Shown piece by piece: positions 1 to 8,109 of a DNA stretch of 35,784 nucleotides. The translations under genes were made by a program, and so were the position numbers. Source of the DNA: Promethearchaeota archaeon (GTDB lineage: Archaea; Asgardarchaeota; Hermodarchaeia; Hermodarchaeales; Hermodarchaeaceae); contig JBHLPH010000019.1 in assembly GCA_048939625.1 (NCBI GenBank), positions 1 to 35,784 of the forward strand. Reading direction: 5' to 3'. The notes under the pieces were generated by a model, which was given only the letters and a program-made list of their open reading frames with translations, was not told where the DNA came from and did no database searches. Every line of letters begins with the position of its first letter. Within the stretch, counting starts at the first letter, position 1.

Positions 1-758
1 ACAAAGAGACTTTGACTCATATTCTCCATGACTTCACAGAAACAGGGGATAATACTCACAACTTCAATACCTAGTTTTCGACCTAATGAATCCTTCAGCC
101 TTGAATAATCCTCAGAGGATTGAAGCATACTGCAGGGGACTTTATTGATAATCAGCTCAGGGCGCTTTCCAAGGGTTTGATTATACACACCTTTGATGAG
201 ATGCTGAGTTCCAACGATATCCAATTGGTCCATCTTAATTACTAAGATGAGTTCATCAGCGGCTAGAATCGCGTTGATTGAGCTAAGTGCAAATCCGGGA
301 CTTGTGTCAAAAATCTGAAAATTAATTCCAAATCGCTCGAAGAGGAGATCTTTGCCATCTAGGACTAATTGAAGTACTCGAGCTTGCCATTCTTCGTCAA
401 GGCTGTGCATAGTCATCTCATTAATTGCTTGTCCACTGGGATTGGTAAAGCCTACTTGGAAACGTCCTTTGGAGTGGAACTGATCGGTAAGATCAATTAA
501 TACTTCAGGTAGTTCGCATCGCTGCGCTAGCCAATCATTGATGTAGTATTCAACTCCATTATACTGGAATAACGTATTCAAGCTAGGAGCACGGAAATCA
601 AAATCGAGGAGTACAACGTTCCATCCTCGACGAGCTAATGTTAGGGCAGTATTAGCTGAAAGATTGGATTTCCCAGTCCCGCCCTTAAAACTGTGAACGG
701 TGATTGCTTTATTTAAACTCGGTCTATTTGCCCCCTGAGTTCGATTTGATTCAGCCAA
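1..758 (-). CDS. MinD/ParA family ATPase (3' end runs off the window; absent from the ORF track)
   Basis: Hand translation from TTG at 758: MAESNRTQGANRPSLNKAITVHSFKGGTGKSNLSANTALTLARRGWNVVLLDFDFRAPSL...QIFDTSPG...LIINKVP. Deviant Walker A KGGTGKS, DxD, Walker B DTSPG and the NK motif are present. The frame is open to position 1. Confidence 0.92.
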   Translation of the reverse strand, partial: MAESNRTQGANRPSLNKAITVHSFKGGTGKSNLSANTALTLARRGWNVVLLDFDFRAPSLNTLFQYNGVEYYINDWLAQRCELPEVLIDLTDQFHSKGRFQVGFTNPSGQAINEMTMHSLDEEWQARVLQLVLDGKDLLFERFGINFQIFDTSPGFALSSINAILAADELILVIKMDQLDIVGTQHLIKGVYNQTLGKRPELIINKVPCSMLQSSEDYSRLKDSLGRKLGIEVVSIIPCFCEVMENMSQSLF

Positions 759-775
759 TATTGTTTCTTCCTTTT

Positions 776-1246
776 TCAACGCGTAGAATGGGGAAGGCTA
801 TATTGGTAATAACGACCGAGTCGCGAACGTTCTAAATAGCCTAAACGAAATAACGCACCAAGATACTTGGATTCAGCATTTTGGGATTTACCAGTTATGG
901 TGGCAATAGCTGTCGAATTGGCTTGTCGAAGTTTCAACATTGCCATGGCAGTTTCGCGGTACCGTCGTGGTATTTGAAGGAGTACCATCGCATTGAGGGG
1001 TAAACTCTTCTTTGGACGTTCAACTGTGACTGTTGTACTTAGCTCAGTGCCACGAATCAGATATTGACGATCAACATACACGATTAACACGTGTGCAGGA
1101 TCTCCATGGAGGTATGCATGACTTACTGGGTAGGAATCAGCATTTTCAATGATGGCTTTTGGTAATGTCACTTTGATATCCTGTTGACAGCCGTGACAGA
1201 AGGTCCTAATGGTTGCTGTGTCTGTAGTCTCCACTAGTTGTGCCAT
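776..1246 (-). CDS. Hypothetical protein: N-terminal CxxC...H..H metal-binding module plus C-terminal winged HTH
   Basis: Start refined to ATG 1246, which follows SD GAGGAG. Contains FCHGC...HAYLHGDPAHVLIVYVD. The C-terminal STAIATITGKSQNAESKYLGALFRLGYLERSRLGRYYQYSL is a wHTH pattern. Confidence 0.75.
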   Translation of the reverse strand: MAQLVETTDTATIRTFCHGCQQDIKVTLPKAIIENADSYPVSHAYLHGDPAHVLIVYVDRQYLIRGTELSTTVTVERPKKSLPLNAMVLLQIPRRYRETAMAMLKLRQANSTAIATITGKSQNAESKYLGALFRLGYLERSRLGRYYQYSLPHSTR

Positions 1247-1449
1247 GCAAAACTCCTCGATAGCCGAAATGCATGTAACCAAATTTTTCCCCTCAATGAA
1301 CTCTCTTAAACATTTTTGGTTCAAGAACCAATCCTTTCAGGTGATGCGAAGTCCTCAAGCAGAATTTTGGATTTTTCGCCAAGCTAAAAATAGACCCTAG
1401 AAAAGTTTCTAAAGCAAAGAAGACATGCCTCAATGACGAGAAGAGTCAT

Positions 1450-2679
1450 ATGGCCAGGATAATGGAATCAATTCTAGTTGTTGGATTCAATGTACGTCCC
1501 CTAGCTCGATCTGCAAAGAAAGCAGGTTATCGGGTTCTCGCCGTTGATTTCTGGGGAGATTTAGATCTGTCAGAATGGGCCGATGAGCAGATAGCAATTC
1601 TACACCAACAACCTGATGAGCGCCCAGACCGACCCATCCGTCCTACTGCTGACTCGTTAGTGATGGGAGCCCAACAACTGCTTGAAGATTATGGCCCTGT
1701 TGACATGATTATTGCCTGTGGAGGATTCGATGACCACACCCAAGCTTGGAGAAATCTAAGCAAGCTAGGAAAATTAGTTGGAAATTCAGCTGAAACACTG
1801 CAACAGGCTCGTAACCGAAAATTAGCTTCCCAACTTGCAAAAGAATCAGGAGCTGCAATACCTCAAGGTTATGAAGCGCAGGACATTAAGCAATTCAGTT
1901 GGGCAGTAAACCAATTAGAATTACCAATTATAGTGAAGCCCAAATATGGCAGTGGAGGATTCCACTCACGAATTCTGCAAACAGAACACGACGTGCAAAA
2001 CTATTCACATCGTCATCAATTCTCTACCGCAAATCCCATTTTAGTACAAGAACTAATCCAAGGAATTGATGCTAGTGTTTCACTACTCTCTACCGGAAAG
2101 ACCGCCAAGATCTTGTCTATCAATGAACAGCTCATTGGTTTAACCGAGCTTGGAAAAGGTCGTACAAAAGCCTACTGTGGTAACATCGTACCGCTCAAAG
2201 CCTCTAAGAAGCGAATTAACAATCTTGCGACAATTTCTGAAAAGTTAGCAATGAAACTAAAATTAATGGGAAGTAATGGGTTTGATTACGTGATAGATTC
2301 CGAAGGAACCGCTTTTTTCATGGAAATCAACCCCCGCATCCAAGCGACTATTGAAGCATTAGAATTAGTAAGTAATTTGAATATTGTCTCACTTCACATT
2401 TCAGCATGGAAAGGGAGCATTCCAGATGAAAAACCTGTGCTCCAAGCATACTGCACTCGCCTTATTGTCTATGCAAAAAGCGTTTGCCAAATCCCTAATC
2501 TCAGTAATATCCCAGGTGTCGTTGATATTCCCATACCTGGAAGCTACGTAGATCGTGGTGATCCAATTTGTACGATTAATCATCTTGCTGCTTCAAGGGA
2601 TTCCGCCCTTACAGGAGCATGGAATATCGCTAATACAATTTATCAACACCTTTTACCTATTCCCTCCATACAGAAATAG
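1450..2679 (+). CDS. ATP-grasp ligase (COG2232-type, associated with C1-carrier biosynthesis)
   Basis: N-terminal GFNVRPLARSAKKAGY..AVDFWGDLDL. ATP-grasp motifs IVKPKYGSGG, LVQELIQG, GFDYV and MEINPR. Confidence 0.85.
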   Translation: MARIMESILVVGFNVRPLARSAKKAGYRVLAVDFWGDLDLSEWADEQIAILHQQPDERPDRPIRPTADSLVMGAQQLLEDYGPVDMIIACGGFDDHTQAWRNLSKLGKLVGNSAETLQQARNRKLASQLAKESGAAIPQGYEAQDIKQFSWAVNQLELPIIVKPKYGSGGFHSRILQTEHDVQNYSHRHQFSTANPILVQELIQGIDASVSLLSTGKTAKILSINEQLIGLTELGKGRTKAYCGNIVPLKASKKRINNLATISEKLAMKLKLMGSNGFDYVIDSEGTAFFMEINPRIQATIEALELVSNLNIVSLHISAWKGSIPDEKPVLQAYCTRLIVYAKSVCQIPNLSNIPGVVDIPIPGSYVDRGDPICTINHLAASRDSALTGAWNIANTIYQHLLPIPSIQK

Positions 2680-2732
2680 GGATAGTATGGCTTATTTAGT
2701 CGAAGTAATAATGACGACCAGAGGTTCTAACC

Positions 2733-3830
2733 TTGGTTCGCGTAATTGGTATTGATCCCGGAACACGTTCCTTTGATTTTTGTGGATTAGAAGATGGAAG
2801 TGTCTTCCTTGAAACATCTATCACCAGTGTGGAAGTTGCTGAAAATCCTCAAAGCATCCTCGATGTGATCACCGAGGCAGGAAACATTGACTTGGTAGCG
2901 GGGCCGTCAGGTTACGGATTACCACTCCTTCCAGCCTCAGCAGTAACAGAGAAAGAATTTTTTCAACTTGTTCTCGTCCGCCACGATGACGATAAAATCC
3001 CAGTTCTTGAAGCTATCAAAGATATGGTGCGATTAGTTCAAAAAACTAAAATCAACATGGTCTTCATTCCCGGTGTGATTCACCTCCATTCAGTTCCCAT
3101 CTGGCGTAAACATAATCGCATCGACCTGGGTACAGCAGATAAACTCTGCTGCGCCATTCTTGGAGTATATGATCAAGCCCGTCGATTGAAAATTGCAGCC
3201 AAGGAAACCGCGTTTGTATTAGTTGAACTCGGTTATGGGTACCCTGCAGCAGTTGGGGTTGATAACGGCCTTGTTGTTGATGGAATAGGGGGAACCATTG
3301 GAGGACCTGGATTCCTTACCCTCGGAGGAATGGACGGAGAACTCGCATATCTGCTTCGTGGGTTTTCAAAGGGTACTCTTTTCCAAGGAGGTGTAATGTC
3401 GTTGCTAGAGGACTCAACATTGAGTCCGGAAGCGTTTGCAGAATTGCTCAAGCAAGACGACCAGAAAGCTAAGGAAGCATGGAACGCTGTTGCAGAAGGA
3501 CTTTCTAAATCAGTTGCTGCTCTTACCATCTCGGTAAGTGAACCTCGTGAAATTCTACTCTCAGGACGTTTAACCCGAGTTCCCTTCCTCGTCAATGATC
3601 TTACATCTCGAATGAAGCAATTCGGCATTCCGGTTACACAGGTACAGCGTTTAAGTGACAAATCTAAGGAAGCCGCTCAAGGCGCTGCCATCTTTGCAGA
3701 TGGGCTCATTGGAGGTCCCTCAGCTGCACTCGTTGATACGATGCGATTGAAAGAATGTAGTGGCACAGTTCTTGACTGGATTAGCTTACCTCAAGCTAAT
3801 CAAATACGGGATATGTACAAGGAAGCTTAA
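2733..3830 (+). CDS. DUF1464 family ASKHA (acetate/butyrate kinase-like) protein
   Basis: VIGIDPGT.SFD phosphate-1 motif, GPSGYG, IDLGTADK, VDGIGG, GMDGELAY and KEAAQGAA. TTG start after GAGGT. Confidence 0.85.
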   Translation: MVRVIGIDPGTRSFDFCGLEDGSVFLETSITSVEVAENPQSILDVITEAGNIDLVAGPSGYGLPLLPASAVTEKEFFQLVLVRHDDDKIPVLEAIKDMVRLVQKTKINMVFIPGVIHLHSVPIWRKHNRIDLGTADKLCCAILGVYDQARRLKIAAKETAFVLVELGYGYPAAVGVDNGLVVDGIGGTIGGPGFLTLGGMDGELAYLLRGFSKGTLFQGGVMSLLEDSTLSPEAFAELLKQDDQKAKEAWNAVAEGLSKSVAALTISVSEPREILLSGRLTRVPFLVNDLTSRMKQFGIPVTQVQRLSDKSKEAAQGAAIFADGLIGGPSAALVDTMRLKECSGTVLDWISLPQANQIRDMYKEA

Positions 3831-4822
3831 TGTGTCGTGATTTTCGCACCCTGATTATTCACAGTAGATATGAAAGCAGTCCCCCCGGAACTTGTATCCA
3901 AAACATTAGAGACTATACGTTTCACTTCTGAAGCAACCTTCGGTCCACGAACGAGCCCATAGCATGTCGGTCCCCAAGAGCTTTGACCCACACCTTTTGC
4001 ACCAGCGTCAAGCATGGCGCTTACACAATCTGAAACTTCTGGATAAGCGAATCGCCCCCCCTGGGCCGAAGTAAAAGCTTGACCGACTAGAATCTGAATT
4101 TGCGTTAGGGCATCACCAAATAGGTCAAGATCATTCTCGACAATAGCTGGAATTAGTTTCATTATCAGCAATCGACTAGCCTTCATAGCCGATTCAGGTT
4201 TTGCAGCAGGAAGGTCTTGGAAAGCACGTTTCTCAGCTACGCCACTAAGGCCTTGGGTCACCTTTGGTATTGCTACCACAAAGTACCAATCAGAGGGAAT
4301 CTCATGTCGAATTATGAGGGGAGGTACTGGTCCAACTCCCTCTATTGGTTGCTCGGTAACTTTCCCCCCATCAACCACGAATCCTCCCAAGGCAAAGGTT
4401 GCAGTTCCCACTCCAGAAACAACACCTCTTTGAAGAATTGTAGCCAATTCTCGAGTATTAGGCTCGATACCTGCGACACTAGTTATTCCTGTTGCCACCG
4501 CAAGTTCTAATTGAGTTCCAGAACCCAAGCCTACATGATGCGGAATTGATTCCCAAACGGTTACCCGTAACCCCTGAGAAATTCCAAAATGCGCGATGAT
4601 TCGGTTAGCAACTTCTTTTACTCGATCTTTGTGTTCCCCAGAAACTTGTAAGCCTGTTCTCTCTGAATTCACTTCTACGACACAAACCGGATGTTGAAGT
4701 GAAACACCTAATGAACCATACTTCCGTCCCAACCCACCATGTAAATCAATAAAACCTAGATGTAACCGAGCACTCGCTCGAATTGTCACTTTTGTGGGAT
4801 TGGGTTTGTCCATTGGGTTCAC
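3827..4822 (-). CDS. mptG: Beta-ribofuranosylaminobenzene 5'-phosphate (RFAP) synthase, GHMP family
   Basis: ARLHLGFIDL.G..GR.YGSLG, IPHHVGLGSGTQL, SGVG..F..GGFVVDGG and GQSSWGPT. Sits in a pterin-biosynthesis context. Confidence 0.9.
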   Translation of the reverse strand: MNPMDKPNPTKVTIRASARLHLGFIDLHGGLGRKYGSLGVSLQHPVCVVEVNSERTGLQVSGEHKDRVKEVANRIIAHFGISQGLRVTVWESIPHHVGLGSGTQLELAVATGITSVAGIEPNTRELATILQRGVVSGVGTATFALGGFVVDGGKVTEQPIEGVGPVPPLIIRHEIPSDWYFVVAIPKVTQGLSGVAEKRAFQDLPAAKPESAMKASRLLIMKLIPAIVENDLDLFGDALTQIQILVGQAFTSAQGGRFAYPEVSDCVSAMLDAGAKGVGQSSWGPTCYGLVRGPKVASEVKRIVSNVLDTSSGGTAFISTVNNQGAKITTH

Positions 4823-5466
4823 TCACCCCATAACGGTAAGAGCGATTTCACACGACGAACAACTTCAGCTGAAGGTGAATCAGGAGCAATGCGTTCAACC
4901 AAATCAGAAAGCTGATTAATCTGTTGACTTGTGTTTCGAATAAATGTGGAGTCCTGTTGAAGAGCACGGATTTTGGTTGCAAGTAGAACAACTTCAATGG
5001 CAGCACTTCGAGAGCGTGAATACCCCATCGTAGACGCGGAAGTCAATTCCACAAGACGAATATCACAAACAAATTCTTTGTATTGGGTACTCTTTAGCGA
5101 AGAGTCTTGGACTCTTACATCTATTTCAATAAAGCCGGATGCAGATTGAATTCGGGGAGCTTTGACCCGTACGGAAGGTACAAATTGAATTGGCATAGAT
5201 TCAGAAAACTCGTCTTTGAAAGCCAATTGGAGAAACAAGTGGGGGTCTTGAGATAAATTAATCACCGCAGTACCAGTTTTCTCCAAATTTTCAGCCGTTC
5301 GTGTATTGGAAAAAGGACGTAGATGTAGTTCAGGACCCTTCTTAACCCAAACGCCCATTGGAGCCGCATTAGGTTGGCCGTTTTCCGAAATTGACGAGAG
5401 AAGGACCTCAATAATATCGCCTTCTACAAATCCGATTTCGTTTAGAGTTTTTGAGAAATCAGTGAT
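4819..5466 (-). CDS. DUF447 family protein (FMN-binding split-barrel-like); probable non-canonical ATC start
   Basis: The frame extends upstream of the ORF-track ATG (5358) as ITDFSKTLNEIGFVEGDIIEVLLSSISENGQPNAAP-MG, matching the DUF447 E.....NAAPMG start. Also RTAENL and the C-terminal helical R..SAAIEVVLLATK. The stop overlaps the mptG start. Confidence 0.8.
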   Translation of the reverse strand: MTDFSKTLNEIGFVEGDIIEVLLSSISENGQPNAAPMGVWVKKGPELHLRPFSNTRTAENLEKTGTAVINLSQDPHLFLQLAFKDEFSESMPIQFVPSVRVKAPRIQSASGFIEIDVRVQDSSLKSTQYKEFVCDIRLVELTSASTMGYSRSRSAAIEVVLLATKIRALQQDSTFIRNTSQQINQLSDLVERIAPDSPSAEVVRRVKSLLPLWGE

Positions 5467-5572
5467 GCGAACACCCCCTCGAAGGTGTACTTATACACTC
5501 GCCGTATTCCTAACCTTAATGTCTTTTCTAAAACAGGATGTTAACAAATCATTGGCTAACAGAAAAGGAAGA

Positions 5573-5929
5573 TTAGCTCCGTGATAGCATTGGGCTTTCA
5601 ATTGGCCATCCGAGGGCATTCAATGCAAGACGTGCGAGATTGCGAATAGTCTCCCAGGCCGAATCAGTGCGCAAGGTGTCTTCTTCCCAATAACGAGAAT
5701 TCTCGGGTCCACTCATCTCATCCAGTTTTTTATTCAAGTCCTCGAGCAACCTCCGCGCCCTAATTGTAAAAAGAGATTGCCGGCGTTTCATGACTTGATA
5801 CCATTGATCAAATTCAATCGCTAACTCATCGACTTTCCAATCAAAATCTGGAAAGAGTGTTAGCTGAACCTCGGCTGGTGCAGCTAGAGCTTGAAGGGAC
5901 CACCTAAAGCGTGTCATCGTATAATCCAT
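5573..5929 (-). CDS. Small helical hypothetical protein (immunity-protein-like)
   Basis: Start refined to ATG 5929 after GGAGG. LQALAAPAEVQL...VDELAIEFD...LDEMSG....W....L.....WETIRNLAR.AL..LGW. Confidence 0.6.
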   Translation of the reverse strand: MDYTMTRFRWSLQALAAPAEVQLTLFPDFDWKVDELAIEFDQWYQVMKRRQSLFTIRARRLLEDLNKKLDEMSGPENSRYWEEDTLRTDSAWETIRNLARLALNALGWPIESPMLSRS

Positions 5930-6301
5930 GAGACCTGCCTCCAACGTCGCATGAAAGGGAAGTGGATGAGGAGCACTCGACCCGTTAATCGTCCGTCGCG
6001 GATTTGCTATTGGTGTCAAGCTTCCCTATAATAATAGTGGTTTCAAAATGCTCAGATGCCTTATTTAGCCACTTGAAGAATCAGATGATAAACTAATATT
6101 TTCTTTCAAAATGGTTAGAAGTTTTTAGGCAACACTTTCAGTCATAATTTTACTACTTCGGATTATTAAAATCGTTAATTCATCAAAAGCAACATTGGTG
6201 CGCTTCATTTCATCATGAGAATCTAGCAAATTGATTGAAAATCACGAATCAGTAAAGGCTTTAGGGAACGCAAATGACCCTGACTAGGGTGCGGTTGACT
6301 G

Positions 6302-7243
6302 ATGTCTCCCCGAGACGTACATAATGATAGCCCAGATGTCGCGGTATCAGTGCATCGTGTGGGTGTTACGGGAATTCGTGTTCCCATTCAATTTGTCTTC
6401 TTTGAAGGGAAGCCGGCAATCGTTGTACCAACCTTTGACATATTTGTTGATTTACCAGCATTCCAGAAAGGTATCCATCCATCACGGAACATTGAAGCGA
6501 CCGTTGAAATTGTCAGTCAGTATGCGCATGGTCAGCATTGGTTGGAAAATCTCTGTGCTGATATTGCCAAGGAACAGTTACAACGTCATGAATATGCCCG
6601 TGAGGCTGAAGTTCGAGCCTCAGCTGATGTAGTATATGATCGTGCTACACCCCAGTCCAATATTCGAACCTACGAATCCTGCACAATGAAGGCGAAAGCC
6701 ATTGCCATTCGAAAAGGAAAGCAAAAGTATAGTATTCGGAAATGGATTGGTGTAACTGTGTCTGGTATCACGGCATGCCCTTGTGCCCAAGAAATGCTTC
6801 GGGACGAGGTTTTATCAGATTTAGTCAAAGAACACAAAGTCAAAAAGAAGCAGGCCAAGCAAATTGCAGATACTCTTCCCATAGGCAGCCATATGCAGCG
6901 AAGTTATGGTTCTGTGATGGTTGAAATTCCACAGAATTTTAAAATTAACGCTTTGCAACTGGTTGATATTGTAGAACAATCCATGAGTGCAAGCACATAC
7001 GAGCTGTTAAAACGACCCGATGAAGCCTCTGTTGTTCAAACGGCGCTTGATAATCCTAAATTTGTGGAAGATGCGATTCGCCATATGGTGAAAAATGTCG
7101 TAGAAGCTTTCCCCTCTCTTCCTGATGAAATGGAGCTTTTTTTTGAACAACGCAATGAAGAATGTATTCACCGCCATGATCTTGTTGCCATGGAAACCCT
7201 GACAATGGGTGAAGCACGACAGCAAATCAGTAACTCCGCATAG
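6302..7243 (+). CDS. mptA: GTP cyclohydrolase IV (MptA/FolE2 family)
   Basis: RVGVTG, VDLP..QKGIH.SR, TACPCAQ, HMQR, YELLKRPDE, NPKFVED and E.IHRHD. Confidence 0.92.
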   Translation: MSPRDVHNDSPDVAVSVHRVGVTGIRVPIQFVFFEGKPAIVVPTFDIFVDLPAFQKGIHPSRNIEATVEIVSQYAHGQHWLENLCADIAKEQLQRHEYAREAEVRASADVVYDRATPQSNIRTYESCTMKAKAIAIRKGKQKYSIRKWIGVTVSGITACPCAQEMLRDEVLSDLVKEHKVKKKQAKQIADTLPIGSHMQRSYGSVMVEIPQNFKINALQLVDIVEQSMSASTYELLKRPDEASVVQTALDNPKFVEDAIRHMVKNVVEAFPSLPDEMELFFEQRNEECIHRHDLVAMETLTMGEARQQISNSA

Positions 7244-7289
7244 GAACAACCTTTTAGATATATCATGGAATCATGACTTGGTGTTGGAT

Positions 7290-8081
7290 TTGAGCCCCAT
7301 TAACCTGAAAGAGTGGTGGCCTCGTTATGGAGCCATTGTCGACCAATTCGGTTATGATATGAAGACCGACCAAGAAGCAACAGATTTACTCAGCGGCTAC
7401 ATCAAAAATGTGGCAAGACCACTATTAGATGCTCAACGACATATCGAAGGAAATAATGTGTTAGTGTGTGGAGCAGGACCTTCAATTCTAGATAACCTAA
7501 TTGCCATACAGGACTATGGACTCCTCGATGAAACGATCGTCTTTGCAGCGGATGGGGCTACCACAGCTTGCCTCGAAAGAGAGATTATACCTGATTTTGT
7601 CTTCACTGATCTAGATGGTGATATGAATGACATCATTACTGCACAGAAACAAGGAGCAACTGTGGTAGTGCACGCTCATGGTGATAATATCCCACAACTG
7701 CAAAGTTGGATTACCCGCCTCCAAGAAGGTCGATCAATCATGGGCTCCACTCAAATACGTCCTCGACCTGATGTTCATAACCTTGGAGGATTCACTGACG
7801 GAGACCGATGCGTATTCTGGGCGGAAGGACTTCGCGCTGCACAAATTGGGTTGGTGGGTATGGATCTGGGAAATACTATCGGTCGATATTCAAAACCTGA
7901 ATTAACTCAAGATACGGTAGCAAGCCCCGTGAAACGGCAAAAGCTATTGGTTGCTAAAGAACTATTAACTTGGTTGGCAACCTGGAGTATTAGCCGATTA
8001 ATCAACCTAACCGGGATCTATGCAACGATTCCAGGCATTAGTAATCAGGCTATCACTGAATTCTCCTGGGATTCAAATTAG
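7290..8081 (+). CDS. mptE: 6-hydroxymethyl-7,8-dihydropterin pyrophosphokinase (MptE)
   Basis: W...Y..I...FGY....DQEA, GAGPS, AADGA, TDLDG, VHAHGDN, GGFTDGDR and GMD..K..KL. The start is likely TTG 7290 after GGTG; the ORF track begins at 7209, overlapping mptA. Confidence 0.9.
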   Translation: MSPINLKEWWPRYGAIVDQFGYDMKTDQEATDLLSGYIKNVARPLLDAQRHIEGNNVLVCGAGPSILDNLIAIQDYGLLDETIVFAADGATTACLEREIIPDFVFTDLDGDMNDIITAQKQGATVVVHAHGDNIPQLQSWITRLQEGRSIMGSTQIRPRPDVHNLGGFTDGDRCVFWAEGLRAAQIGLVGMDLGNTIGRYSKPELTQDTVASPVKRQKLLVAKELLTWLATWSISRLINLTGIYATIPGISNQAITEFSWDSN

Positions 8082-8109
8082 CCTAACATAACATGGAGGA
8101 TTTGGACCA

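Noticed and set aside
3233-3661. 142-aa antisense ORF and the many other 60-184 aa ORFs overlapping long genes
   Set aside because: They are shadow frames of well-supported genes, with no motifs or SD sites.
6020-6301. AT-rich spacer with repeated TTTCAAAATG as an origin or mobile-element end
   Set aside because: Only two short copies, with no ORB-like G-string, cdc6 or transposase.
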